Source: a virus
Taxonomy: Duplodnaviria > Caudoviricetes
Length of the DNA: 64,000 bases
IMG/VR virus record: IMGVR_UViG_3300037041_001930
Direction: 5' to 3' (one strand)
In this document: piece after piece, positions 1-10,800 of the stretch
How positions within the stretch are numbered: the stretch's first letter is position 1
Layout of the letters: every line of letters begins with the position of its first letter
Notes under the pieces: model-generated
What the model was told of the DNA's origin: nothing
Databases searched by the model: none
What the model saw: the letters and a program-made list of their open reading frames with translations, nothing else
Translations under genes and position numbers: made by a program

Positions 1-252
1 AATCAAACTGGCATCCGAGAAGTGATCCTTGAGGAACCGCATGATCAGACCGGTCATCGTGCGTGGGGTCATCCCCACTGAGCACAGGTTCCGGACTCTG
101 TCGAGGTTGTGCCGCCAGATCCAGCCGCCATCAGGATTATCTGGTACCGTGCCGGCTTCGATAGCACTGGAAGGCGTATCGATTTGCTCACCAAACCCCG
201 TCATCGGGGATAGGCAGCTCTCATTGCCGGTTTGTGCGTTACTGGCGGTCAT
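1..252 (-). CDS. Partial gene running off the left edge; probable tail-completion/neck protein
   Basis: Manual translation: ATG at 252, open to base 1 (MTASNAQTGNESCLSPMTGFGEQ...GMTPRTMTGLIMRFLKDHFSDASLI). The function is a positional inference only (follows two neck-like genes). Confidence 0.55.
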   Translation of the reverse strand, partial: MTASNAQTGNESCLSPMTGFGEQIDTPSSAIEAGTVPDNPDGGWIWRHNLDRVRNLCSVGMTPRTMTGLIMRFLKDHFSDASLI

Positions 253-434
253 GTGAGTTTGAGCACCGATCGAATCGGGAGACGTGACATCGTGGCCGTG
301 CAGATCTTCTCGACCCCTCGGGATTCAGCAACACCCCTGGAGTCTCCAGGCTGGAGACTATTGAGGTCGAGGGTCTTCGGCGCCGGGATCGCGGCGAGCC
401 CACGCGCTTTACGAATTATTGGCTTGGGGGTCAT
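249..434 (-). CDS. Possible 61-aa hypothetical protein
   Basis: 3' part of the 249..686 ORF (MTPKPIIRKARG...VLKLT). It fills the gap between two genes and its TGA overlaps the next ATG (ATGA). No recognisable motif. Confidence 0.3.
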   Translation of the reverse strand: MTPKPIIRKARGLAAIPAPKTLDLNSLQPGDSRGVAESRGVEKICTATMSRLPIRSVLKLT

Positions 435-1350
435 ACGTGCTCTGGTTTGGCAATGGGATCTTGTAGGCGACATGGGTTGTCGGGAGTTCGAGTAACCGGA
501 GACCCAGGATGACATCGACGCCGCGATGTCTGGCCAGTTTCTCGATGTCGCCTTGAATCTGGTATCTGGTGTCCCCAACCGTGCTCGCCCAGATGTCGGC
601 GGCTTCTGGAGCCGGGTGGGCCAGGCAGCGCACGGACTCGATGACCACGGTACGGGTTTCACCGGTTTCCGCGATCTTGACGGCACGGAGTCCGGGTTGC
701 TGGATCACCCAATACTCCAGGGGATCATAGAACCCCTTGGTGACCCCGGTACCCAAACAGATCGGGCAGTTGGAATCCGTGGCCGTCGCCGAGTTCTTGT
801 CGAGACAACGTGGGCAGGGATCCCCGAATTGCCGCGCCTTGATGAGCCAGCCCTTGGTTCCCGCTCCTCGTGCTCTGGCCTGTCCATTGCGGACCCCCTG
901 GATCAGGAGCTCCTTGCGGACGATCTCGCGGACGAGACGCCAGTCATTGTGGTTCCAGATGACATCGAAGCTGACGGGGTGACCCCAGTAGACGACACCA
1001 TTGCCATCCGTGATCTTGAGACGGTAGTACATGCTGCGTTCATGGGGCCTCAGCAGGGGGCGGTTGTCGTACAACCAGGGCCGATCCACGACTTCCGAGA
1101 TCTTCTCCCAGGCGTCGTCGTTGATGGCACGCCCGCGATACAGCTCGAACTTGTATGGCCCGGGTTCCACGAACTCGGGTACCATAGCCCAGGACACCTT
1201 GATGGACTTACTCACGGCGAGGTGATAGCACCCCTCGACCACCATGCGTTTAATGGGGTCAAACAATGAATTAGTGTGCTTTGGTGGCAGCGCCCCAAAG
1301 GAGACCCCGGATCCCGGGAAGTTGACGACATCAGGTGTTGAGTTTGCCAT
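409..1350 (-). CDS. Probable head-closure/neck protein with CxxC...CxxC zinc-finger insert
   Basis: Start re-assigned to ATG 1350, directly after the upstream stop at 1352. Beta-rich N-terminus (YKFELYRG...YYRLKITD), then CPRC...CPICLGTG..GFYDP, a pattern I associate with phage neck/head-closure proteins. Follows the adaptor-like gene. Confidence 0.6.
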   Translation of the reverse strand: MANSTPDVVNFPGSGVSFGALPPKHTNSLFDPIKRMVVEGCYHLAVSKSIKVSWAMVPEFVEPGPYKFELYRGRAINDDAWEKISEVVDRPWLYDNRPLLRPHERSMYYRLKITDGNGVVYWGHPVSFDVIWNHNDWRLVREIVRKELLIQGVRNGQARARGAGTKGWLIKARQFGDPCPRCLDKNSATATDSNCPICLGTGVTKGFYDPLEYWVIQQPGLRAVKIAETGETRTVVIESVRCLAHPAPEAADIWASTVGDTRYQIQGDIEKLARHRGVDVILGLRLLELPTTHVAYKIPLPNQSTYDPQANNS

Positions 1351-1351
1351 A

Positions 1352-2239
1352 TCAGAGATAGTAGTTTGTGGACCACGCCCGGTCCATGTTTTGACGCCGC
1401 TTCTCCATCTTGAACCATTCGTCGAACTCTTGGAACTCACGCGCCGCGATCTGTTCGTATTCCGCGGACTTGTTCTGATCGTCGATTGTTATACCCCCGG
1501 CTTGGTAGGCGAGTCGGTTTCGGGCATAACGCTTCGCCGCCATGCGCATGAGCTCGATGCAGGTACCCTTGAGCCACCAGTACCGGAATGGGAAGTTGAA
1601 ATAGGAATAGGTGTTCACGGGTGGGGGTGTATTGTTCCAACGGTCGACGACCCAGCGAATCGCCATGGCGATCTCGGTGTCATCGAACTCAAAGGAGTCG
1701 AGAAGGTTGACTTCGCCTTGGGTGGAGTCCCCTAGGGCAGCCCGGATTTCAGGCAGGGTGATCATACCCCTGGCCTGGAACTGACTCAGGAGATTGGGCT
1801 CAATGGCGAGGTAGGCGGGGTACGCGTCGACTTGGTAGCCACCATGAACAAAGCGGGAGATCTGGGCCTTGTAGATCCCGGGGCAGAAGTCTTGGCCGGC
1901 TTCCAGCTTGAACTCGACGACCCCCTTGCAGTCCAGGCATTCCTTGCTGTCCGGGATGAGTTCACCGAGGACATCGAGGAGGAGTCGGTTGCTTTGCTCA
2001 CCGGGGACCTCGTCGAGGACGAGGAGCCGAATCGCCACGGTTCCCGCGGCTACCTCGGTCTGGTATCCAAACCGGGGTTTCTCCGCTGGGATGTTCTCGG
2101 GTTCCTTGGCGAGGTCGACAGGTCTGCCTTCCTCGTCAACGATGCGGACGACGACCTGCTTGCGGCTCCCGTTCAACCACCGAATGGTCTTCCAGGTCTC
2201 CGCTTTGGAGGATGGCCGGATCTCGACTGGGTCGATCAT
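1352..2239 (-). CDS. Probable head-tail adaptor (neck) protein
   Basis: N-terminal beta domain (VVEFKL..GIYKAQI), then helical EIRAALGD...EFDDTEIAMAI..VVDRWN...AGGITIDDQNK..Y, resembling head-tail connector proteins. Position downstream of the capsid module. Confidence 0.65.
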   Translation of the reverse strand: MIDPVEIRPSSKAETWKTIRWLNGSRKQVVVRIVDEEGRPVDLAKEPENIPAEKPRFGYQTEVAAGTVAIRLLVLDEVPGEQSNRLLLDVLGELIPDSKECLDCKGVVEFKLEAGQDFCPGIYKAQISRFVHGGYQVDAYPAYLAIEPNLLSQFQARGMITLPEIRAALGDSTQGEVNLLDSFEFDDTEIAMAIRWVVDRWNNTPPPVNTYSYFNFPFRYWWLKGTCIELMRMAAKRYARNRLAYQAGGITIDDQNKSAEYEQIAAREFQEFDEWFKMEKRRQNMDRAWSTNYYL

Positions 2240-2242
2240 GGT

Positions 2243-3772
2243 TCAGACCTGACGGGCCGTGCGTTGGCCGAGGACGACGTGACGATCTTGGGTGCGCAAG
2301 ATGCCCAGGGCGAGGCCGACGCGTTGAGTGACGACTTCCAACCATTCCGAGGCGGCTACCGCGGCCTGATCGGGATGCCCGGGGACCAGAAACTCTTTTT
2401 CGACGAGCATCCCGGTGACCAGGCTTCTGATGTCCTGGTACAGGAAGACGCCTTGAATGTTCTCTGGAGTCGCCCCAAAGGTACCACCGAAGTCGACATT
2501 GGCGGGGCCATAGCGATCGACGAGGAGACGATCAATGAAGTTGAGGTCGATGCCAACCCGTGCCCACACCGAACCCTTCTTGGGTTCCAGGGGTTCGCGG
2601 ACCACAGATGATAGTGGGTAGTCTGAGTTCGGGGTCCCTATCTTGGAGGCATTGATGACCTCGAGATCGCGGATCGATTTCAGGGGGTACCCACTCGAGG
2701 TCCAATCGCCAACACTGGCGTCATAGGTGAGCAAGACGACATCACTGTACTGGAACGAGTTCGCAAAGGTGACGATGAGGTCACGGGGGTCCTGTCCCGA
2801 GACTACCCCTGTGGGGGCAACAATCAAACCATTGACGGTGAAGCCAAGTCCGAGGAGGTAGTCCGTGGAGACCACGGGGGTCGAAAACGACAAGGTCAGG
2901 ACTTCGGGATCGATTTGATTGAAAGCGATTACAGCGGCCTGCAGAGTGGCGTGGTTCGAGATATTGGTGGCCACGTAATCCGTGAAGGTCACCAGGGGGA
3001 AAGAACCCGTGGCGTTGGTGAGGTCACCCTTGGTGTCATCATAATTCGCCTTGACGGTGTCGCGATCACTGATGACCCCAGCCATGGTGAGCCTGAGCAG
3101 GGAGTCCGTGATGAACACGGCATCATCGGGATACGCGGCGACTCCATTGACAGTGATCCGGAACCCCTCGCCATCACGTCCCGTCGGGGATCGGATGGGC
3201 TGGTCAAAGGTGATGTCGATCTCGGTTTCCCGCGCCGTGACATCAACGACCACTGGGGATGCGGCGACACGGTGGACCACCTGAGTCGCCGTGGCCACAG
3301 AGGCGCCCTCATCATTCCAGACCACGACGGCGTAGTAATGGGTTTCCGGAGTCAGCGGGATCGGGGCACCCACGACATGAACGAAGTAGATGTCTTCAGC
3401 GAGGTTGTTGCGGCTGAACCGGGTCGTGCCCACAGGGGGCAGCCCATAAACGGACTCACCCACGGGGATCCATGGTGCGTCCTCATCGATGATGACATTG
3501 GTATTCGAGGGTACGCCCCCATAGTTCACTGGGGGCACCATCGGGGTCAGCACGGGGTCCACTGGCGGCGGCTGCATAGTTTTTGCAGCGAGATGCGCGG
3601 CGATATCGGCGTTGGCCTGGGCAAGGGCATCGGCCAGACTAACCACGCTATGGAAGTATTTGTATCCCAGGATCTCCGGGAATACCCCTTGTGGCTCATC
3701 ATGGCGCAACGTGATCGCGGAGACCATGTCGGAGATAGCTGCGAGACGAGAGATGGCATTTGGAATCGGCAT
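2243..3772 (-). CDS. Virion protein with two SwmB-like (Ig-like) repeats
   Basis: Two ~100-aa repeats: IDITFDQPI...FRITVNG...LRLTMAGVISDRDTVKANYD and LTLSFSTPV...GFTVNG...LIVTFANSFQYSDVVLLTYD. Confidence 0.65.
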   Translation of the reverse strand: MPIPNAISRLAAISDMVSAITLRHDEPQGVFPEILGYKYFHSVVSLADALAQANADIAAHLAAKTMQPPPVDPVLTPMVPPVNYGGVPSNTNVIIDEDAPWIPVGESVYGLPPVGTTRFSRNNLAEDIYFVHVVGAPIPLTPETHYYAVVVWNDEGASVATATQVVHRVAASPVVVDVTARETEIDITFDQPIRSPTGRDGEGFRITVNGVAAYPDDAVFITDSLLRLTMAGVISDRDTVKANYDDTKGDLTNATGSFPLVTFTDYVATNISNHATLQAAVIAFNQIDPEVLTLSFSTPVVSTDYLLGLGFTVNGLIVAPTGVVSGQDPRDLIVTFANSFQYSDVVLLTYDASVGDWTSSGYPLKSIRDLEVINASKIGTPNSDYPLSSVVREPLEPKKGSVWARVGIDLNFIDRLLVDRYGPANVDFGGTFGATPENIQGVFLYQDIRSLVTGMLVEKEFLVPGHPDQAAVAASEWLEVVTQRVGLALGILRTQDRHVVLGQRTARQV

Positions 3773-3835
3773 CGTGAACCCCTGTGCTGTAAGTGTGGTG
3801 ACTGTAGTGGCCTGGCAACCCCATCTATTATTCGA

Positions 3836-6820
3836 CTACCCAACGGTCCATGTATCCGTGAGTCTATTGATGTTAATGCTGCAAAGTTTTCCAACGTATC
3901 GATTAGCCCACATCGTGCGTGGTATGTCAAATCTAGCACGTGAGACCCATACCCCATCAGCGACCTCACCTATGTAAACATAACCCCCGAGATCTGTTAT
4001 TGGCCCTGGGCCATCTGTGTCTTGATTTGAGTAATTTATGTATAAGTCTGCCGTTAGTGTCGTTTGCCCCTCGGGTGTCACATAGCGATTTCTCCAACCA
4101 ATACCACCACCATGAAAACCACCACTATTTTCATAGGGGCATGTAATCGATACATCTGTCCAGACTAAGCCAGTTGGCTGCCCTGGGTTTGGTTTATACC
4201 CGCAACTAATCGCTACTTCGACTGCAATTGCAGATACGCAACCAGTGGGCACCTGGCTTGGTGTACGTGGGGCCAACGCGGTACACACCAGCTTTGCGCT
4301 TCCAGGAATCACTGAACATGAAACCAGGTCAACTATTTTAGTCAGCGGCTGTACTAATTGAATGTCAGTGACGTAGCATCTGTCACTAGTATCCCATTCT
4401 ACACTGGATACGGGTTCCAACCCAGGCAACAAAGAACCAGGTTGGCAGGAGCACGGTCTGGTTTCAAGCGCGGGTTCACAACTATAGAAATCACTTTTAC
4501 AACAGAAAATGTTGATGGCTTTAGAATTATCACCATGGTACGCCGCAGGGCGATGTCCTGCATAATAAGTGTTCGCTAGCTCCTCGCTAGCTGCGAATAA
4601 AAACTCAGTTTTAGTAAGAACCCAATGATATAAATCATAATTCCAGACATCAACTTGCAGAACAGCTACTCTAAAATCACAGCAATCGCAATCGCAGGAA
4701 GCTATGGGTTCTGTTGCTCCGAGGCATGCTTCACCCCGTACAAATAGCTTAACGGTAGCCGATGCACCGTCGGAGCACACCTCAACTTGCTCCGGTACAT
4801 ATTCATAGCCACCAACGCAAAGCCTTGATATCAAGGCTTCTTCGGCATCAGTGCACGCTGTCTCAATAAACACATCAGCCTTGAGATCTGTGGGTGTGAT
4901 GTCGACTCCATCATGAGTATGTGTTTCGCAATCCGAGCACGTATCCGGTGGGGGCGTGCACGCAGGGCCAGTGGGGCCACTCGGGCCAGTCGCCCCGGTG
5001 TCTGAGTCTGCGCCCCGGGGTCCAAGCCTCCCTTTTTCACCATGTGGCCCTGGATCTCCCGGATACACGTTGCCATCAAAGCCTGTGGGGCCCCTTGGTC
5101 CCCGTTTTCCGTAGTCCCCACGTGGACCCTGACGTCCTGGGTCACCATCTGGACCCCTTGGACCAGTTGGTCCCATGGGTCCATTCACGTTACCACCTCC
5201 GGGTCCCATGGGTCCCGCGGGGCCACGGGGACCCGTGGGACCCGGAGGCCCATCTTCACCGATTTCACCTGTGCTACCGTCTGGACCCTGAACCCCGGTG
5301 GGCCCCGGTGGCCCAAGTGGGCCAACATCGCCTTTAGGACCGACTCCACCGGCAACCCCTGCGGGTCCCTTGTCACCGGGGGGGCCTTCTACACCAGGGA
5401 TACCACGTGGACCCTTGTTGCCATCCAGGCCTGGGAGACCAGGTTTACCTGCGATTCCGGGGTCACCTTTGATACCACGAACACCAGGTGGCCCCTCAGG
5501 CCCCATATCACCTTGTGGGCCTACTATTCCCTGAACCCCCTGTGGACCCGTGACAGATAAACCAGTGGGGCCCTCCTCACCTTGAGGGCCCTGAACACCT
5601 TGTAGCCGCCTCTGTGGACCCTGTGCACCAGTTATACCTGGTAACCCAATGATGCCCTGCAGCCCCGTAAACCCACGTGGACCCGTGACCCCCGTAGACC
5701 CAGCGATGCCATGTAACCCCATCTGCCCCTGTGGACCCCGAGGTGCCCATGCCTGAGAATCCCATGTTGATGCCTCCGTACGTGTGTAAACAACGGCGAA
5801 ATCAACGGCGAGATAGGTATAGCCAGTGGGAACACTGATCGCCTGTGGTCGGTCTGCTAGGGTCCCTACTCCGTTCAAAGACTTAGTGCTATCGACACCC
5901 CGCGGCCCCATGACACCAGTTGGACCAGCTGCACCCACACCAGGAGGGCCCTGGATACCACGTGATCCCGGGACCCCCACTGTGCCTTGAACCCCTGTGG
6001 GGCCCACTATTCCAGTGTCCCCGTCTACTCCCTGTTGCCCCTGTGGACCCTGGAGCCCTTGGGGACCCTCGACGCCCTGGGGACCCGTGTACCCTTGTAA
6101 GCCCTGTAAACCCACTGGGCCAGTGGGGCCTAGAAGCCCAGGCCCCGTGATTCCTTGGGGGCCTCGAGGTCCGCTCGCACCTTGGGGTCCCGTGGCACCT
6201 ACTCCGACCTCAGTCCAATCTGCAATAGTGTTTGTTCGTGTGTTAGCTGTACATAACCACAGCGAGAAGTTTCCAGCGTCTTCGATCCAACGATCACCCT
6301 GTGAATACTCTCTGGTGAGAACCCACCCACGTGTTCCCCGCCATTCCTTGAACGGAGACGACAGTGACAGTGAGCTCGGGTAAATCTTAGCAGCGATTAC
6401 CCATGCTCGGATGAACCAAATGTAGAGTTCGTTGCGGTCTGTATCAAACCATCGAAACCCAGTATCAGCACGACTCAACGAAGTCGCGACACGCTGAGCA
6501 GTGGATCCGAATTGAACCTGGAGCTCGGCGATGTGCTCCGATGTACTTACGAGACCAACGAGTTCCTGTGCGGCGTGTCGGATGGCTGTGGTGCCTTGGA
6601 GACCACGAGAGAGCCCCATCAAGTATCTACCAGAAATCGAGGTATATCTGATGACTTCACTGGGGGTACCCACTAATCCCGTGCCCACTACGACGACCCC
6701 ACCCTGAGGTGGCAGCTTCGCGGCATCCACGACTTCAACAAAAGAGCCAGGCCCCTCGGTATCAGCGAGAAGTGCCGTGGCCAGGCGAGTTAGTGTGTCG
6801 TTTTGAATTGGCAGTGCCAT
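3836..6820 (-). CDS. Collagen-like fibre protein with Cys-rich C-terminal tip
   Basis: ~410 aa of nearly continuous Gly-X-Y triplets. N-terminal module shared with the 7886..12214 and 12237..16148 proteins. Cys-rich C-terminus (CSDC, CDCDCCD, CCKS). Confidence 0.85.
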   Translation of the reverse strand: MALPIQNDTLTRLATALLADTEGPGSFVEVVDAAKLPPQGGVVVVGTGLVGTPSEVIRYTSISGRYLMGLSRGLQGTTAIRHAAQELVGLVSTSEHIAELQVQFGSTAQRVATSLSRADTGFRWFDTDRNELYIWFIRAWVIAAKIYPSSLSLSSPFKEWRGTRGWVLTREYSQGDRWIEDAGNFSLWLCTANTRTNTIADWTEVGVGATGPQGASGPRGPQGITGPGLLGPTGPVGLQGLQGYTGPQGVEGPQGLQGPQGQQGVDGDTGIVGPTGVQGTVGVPGSRGIQGPPGVGAAGPTGVMGPRGVDSTKSLNGVGTLADRPQAISVPTGYTYLAVDFAVVYTRTEASTWDSQAWAPRGPQGQMGLHGIAGSTGVTGPRGFTGLQGIIGLPGITGAQGPQRRLQGVQGPQGEEGPTGLSVTGPQGVQGIVGPQGDMGPEGPPGVRGIKGDPGIAGKPGLPGLDGNKGPRGIPGVEGPPGDKGPAGVAGGVGPKGDVGPLGPPGPTGVQGPDGSTGEIGEDGPPGPTGPRGPAGPMGPGGGNVNGPMGPTGPRGPDGDPGRQGPRGDYGKRGPRGPTGFDGNVYPGDPGPHGEKGRLGPRGADSDTGATGPSGPTGPACTPPPDTCSDCETHTHDGVDITPTDLKADVFIETACTDAEEALISRLCVGGYEYVPEQVEVCSDGASATVKLFVRGEACLGATEPIASCDCDCCDFRVAVLQVDVWNYDLYHWVLTKTEFLFAASEELANTYYAGHRPAAYHGDNSKAINIFCCKSDFYSCEPALETRPCSCQPGSLLPGLEPVSSVEWDTSDRCYVTDIQLVQPLTKIVDLVSCSVIPGSAKLVCTALAPRTPSQVPTGCVSAIAVEVAISCGYKPNPGQPTGLVWTDVSITCPYENSGGFHGGGIGWRNRYVTPEGQTTLTADLYINYSNQDTDGPGPITDLGGYVYIGEVADGVWVSRARFDIPRTMWANRYVGKLCSININRLTDTWTVG

Positions 6821-7855
6821 TTAGTACCCCAGGATCGTCTTGATTTCGCCACAAGTCTCGACTACGATAGGTTTCGCGGTTTTCCCCGCAACAATGAGAG
6901 ACCGCGCACGTAGAGTAATCGTGTCAAGAATTGGTGTAGTCACTGCCACCGCTTTGGTTCGTGCTGGAAACAGAGTGTCTCCGGCATGGTCGTGATTGCA
7001 GGGGGGCTGTGGTGGCCACTCTGTGAGATCACATGGTCCGATTTCCCCTGTGGGGCCCCTGGGTCCCGTGAGAACCCTCCCCTGGGGTCCCTGATCACCT
7101 GTATGACCAGTATCCCCCTGCGGCCCCATCGGTCCGAATCCACCATCCTTACCTGGTACCCCCTGGGTACCGCGTCCTCCCGGTGGCCCCTGGAGTCCCC
7201 GCTCACCCAGGGGTCCCTTGTTTCCCTGGGGGCCCTGGGGGCCCTGGGGGCCCGTTGATGACTTGCCGTCTGGACCTCGAGGTCCCGTGATTCCCTGGGG
7301 GCCTTGTGGACCCACACCAGTGGATCCCCGTGGCCCCTGGATCCCCCTGATCCCCTTGATACCGGGATCCCCCTGGTGTCCGCGTGGACCCTGGTCACCT
7401 TGGAGACCTGGGATTCCATCTGGACCCGGGTCTCCAGGAGGCCCCCAGGGACCCTGGGGGCCCTGGGGGCCAATATCCCCTGGTGGACCCATTTGACCAT
7501 CGCGCCCAGGATTCCCATTCTTTCCAGCATCGCCGGCATCCCCAGGAAGCCCTTTAGGTCCCTGCCGGAGTGGACCAACTGGACCCGGGTCCCCCTGGGG
7601 TCCACGGGGACCCGTGATGCCATCAAACCCAGGTATACCTGTTACCCCTGGCATACCAGTGATCCCCTGAGGGCCGGTACCCCCGGTGGCTCCTTGTGGA
7701 CCCTGAGGCCCCTGGATACCCCGTGGACCCCTAGGGCCAGATAACCCTTGTGGACCCTGAGCACCCACAGGACCACGTGGCCCCGTAGGACCCCGCGGTC
7801 CTGTTGCTCCCACTGCTCCCTTTCCAGGTAAAGGACCTAACCAGAGATCAGCCAT
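6821..7855 (-). CDS. Short collagen-like protein
   Basis: ~260 aa Gly-X-Y region, then [13 protein letters not shown]..., similar to the post-collagen segments of the neighbouring fibres. Lacks their N-terminal module. Confidence 0.8.
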   Translation of the reverse strand: MADLWLGPLPGKGAVGATGPRGPTGPRGPVGAQGPQGLSGPRGPRGIQGPQGPQGATGGTGPQGITGMPGVTGIPGFDGITGPRGPQGDPGPVGPLRQGPKGLPGDAGDAGKNGNPGRDGQMGPPGDIGPQGPQGPWGPPGDPGPDGIPGLQGDQGPRGHQGDPGIKGIRGIQGPRGSTGVGPQGPQGITGPRGPDGKSSTGPQGPQGPQGNKGPLGERGLQGPPGGRGTQGVPGKDGGFGPMGPQGDTGHTGDQGPQGRVLTGPRGPTGEIGPCDLTEWPPQPPCNHDHAGDTLFPARTKAVAVTTPILDTITLRARSLIVAGKTAKPIVVETCGEIKTILGY

Positions 7856-7885
7856 GGCATCACCTTGATTTCGAGATTACAGAGT

Positions 7886-10800
7886 TCATGCGATGAGATC
7901 CCACTCTACCAACGTGGTCTCCCAGTTAGTATTATCACCTGTACCTCTTGCAGATCCATCTGCTCTCAAACATAGGTAGTGGTCTGAGCCCACCCCCAGT
8001 TTCACGGCTGGAGCAAGTGCGGCAACAGGAACCGCTGCAGTGGACACCACTGTTCCGTCTGCTTTACGCCCAAAGGTTGTGATCACGTTACACGCGATCT
8101 CCACGATCCCGGTCCACGCCCCGATATTACATTGCCCGTTGGTGTTTGACCCCGTGGCGACCAGGGTGCCGTCGGCCTTCAATCCCACTGAATGCTGGGA
8201 CCCCGCTGCGATCGCGATGATACCTGTCCACCCCGAGACATTGCACTGCCCCGCGGAGTTCTGCCCCGTGGCCACAACTGTGTTGTTTGCCTTGAGGCCC
8301 AGTGTGAAATACCCTTGGTAACCCGCAGCAATAGATATCAGAGTTGTCCAGGCCCCCACGTTGATCTGCCCGTTTACGTTGGATCCCACTCCCACCGCGG
8401 TACCATTGGCTTTCCTACCCACTGAGAAGTTGGGGCCACTGGATACCTGGGCGATGTCGGTCCAGGCACCGACATTGCATTGCCCATAATCGTTCAACCC
8501 TGTGGCCACAACTCCACCAGAAGACAACAGCCCCAGCGTGGTCTTCGCACCACACGCGATCTGAGTTACCCCAACCCATGCCCCCACGTTACATTGGCCG
8601 ACATCGTTGTTACCCTTGGCAAAAACAACTCCATCCGCACGGAGGACAACTGTGTTTCTGCTGCCACCAGCGATTCCAATTAGGTTATGCCACCCACTAT
8701 TGAACTCGAGTTCGCCATAATAAGTGTAACCAATAGGATGGGTAGTGGACACCAGGGTTCCATCTGCTTTAACACCGACGACGGAGTATTTCCCCACAGA
8801 AATCGAGACAATGTCTGTCCACCCAGAAACATTCAGCATCCCCTTGCTATTATCCCCAACGGCGACCACTGTACCATCACTCTTTAACCCAACAGTGATG
8901 CTCTGCCCACATTTTACGGATACAAGTCCAGTCCATGTCGAGACGTTCATTTCACCATAATTGGATAAACCAGTTGCTCTTGCAGTGCCATCGGCTAGGA
9001 CGGCAACGAGATGGTGCTCCGCGATATCAAAATCAACAACATTCACGAAGCTGGCGAGGTCCAGCAGGCCACCGGGCTGGTAGTAACTGTAATCCCCACC
9101 AGTTGTCGCCAGCAGAGTCCCATTCGATTTCAAGGCGACTACACAGCCATAATGTGTACGAACCTTCGTGATTCCAGAGAACGGGAATATAGAGATCTGA
9201 CCGTCGGCATTGTTACCAGTGGCGACCACAGTGCCATCCGGCTTTAGCCCGATGGTATGTGTAGGCCCGCATGCGATCGCCGAAATCCCAGACCACGTGG
9301 TCACGTTAGTCTGGCCATCAGTGTTCTGCCCAGTGGCTACTACGGTACCGTCTGTACGCAGGCCAACCGAGTGATTCCGCCCACAGGCCACCGAGGCTAC
9401 TCCTGTCCAAGGGGTAAACCCACGAAGACCGATGTCGTTGGTACTCACCCCAACCACGGAGCCGTCTGCACGACGCCCGACGAGATGGCGAGGTCCCGCG
9501 TAGATCTCCACGATCCCGGTCCATGAGTTTGCGGCGTAGAGCGGATTCTCGGGGTTTGACGTTGAAACGACTACAGTCCCATCTGCATGCAAACCTGCCG
9601 CGAAGATATAGCCGGCAGCAATGGCCACGATCCCCGACCACATCGACACTGCATCGTAGACTTCTGAGTACCCGGTGTTCCCTGCGTACTGGACGTACCC
9701 CGAGGAGTCCAGCGCTAATGAGAAATCCTCCCCAGCTGCAATCGCGACGATACCATAGAACCAAGAAAAGTTTAACTGTCCAGAGTAGTTGCTGCCCACC
9801 CCACGAACAAATCCGCCGGAATCCAACGCTAGGGTGTGGTATGGCCCCATGGCAATCGAAACTAATCCATACCATGGGTACTGGTACCCATAGATATCGT
9901 CATATAAATTCAATTGACCGTAGTCATTCTTACCCACTGCGATCGCGTTTCCGTACTCCTCATAAATCGCAATAGTGGCGTATTCCGCGCAGTAAATCTT
10001 CTGGACACCGGACCACCCGGATACCGCGCACTGCCCATAGTTATTCAGCCCCGCAGAGAGCACGTTCCCGGCGAGTACCCCGACGGCATGCCCATTTCCA
10101 ACTGCAATGGGCCACACCCCAGGCCCCCATGTTGGAATCGCGCTGAGTTGCCCATAGGCATTACTCCCCAAGGTGAGGTACGCACCAGCGTTGTTCGTGG
10201 CAACCACGTTTTCATACCCACATGCGATATGAAACTGTGCAATAGATGACCACCCCGCGGTGTTCGTTTGCCCATAAGTGTTGTCACCTGCACCAGTCAC
10301 GGTACCGTCCGTTTTGACCCCTAAACTGTGGTTATCCCCACATGCGATATCAGTGATACCTGCCCAGCCGGATACCGCGATTTGGTTATTCGCGTTGTTC
10401 CCTGCACCCACAACAGTACCGTCAGATAGCAACCCAAGGGAGTGCGCGCCACCCCCACTAACCTTGGCAACCCCTGCCCAAGCCGAGACGTTGAGCTGGC
10501 CAGACGTGTTTAACCCAGTGGCAACAACAGTCTGATCTGCGCGGAGGCCTAGTGTGTGGTTGTACCCGCACGCCACCTGGGTAAGCGCTGCCCAGGTGGT
10601 CACATCACATTCGCCGTTCACGTTGTACCCGGTGCCCACTGCCGCGCCGTCTGCCGTCATCCCTATCGTGAACTCGAACCCGCACGCGAGCTGGGCGATA
10701 TTGGACCACCCCGATGTATTAAGCTGCCCATTGACGTTTCTACCCTTGGTTGCCACAGTCCCATCGTTTTTGATGCCAACTGTGCTCTGGTTACCAGCGG

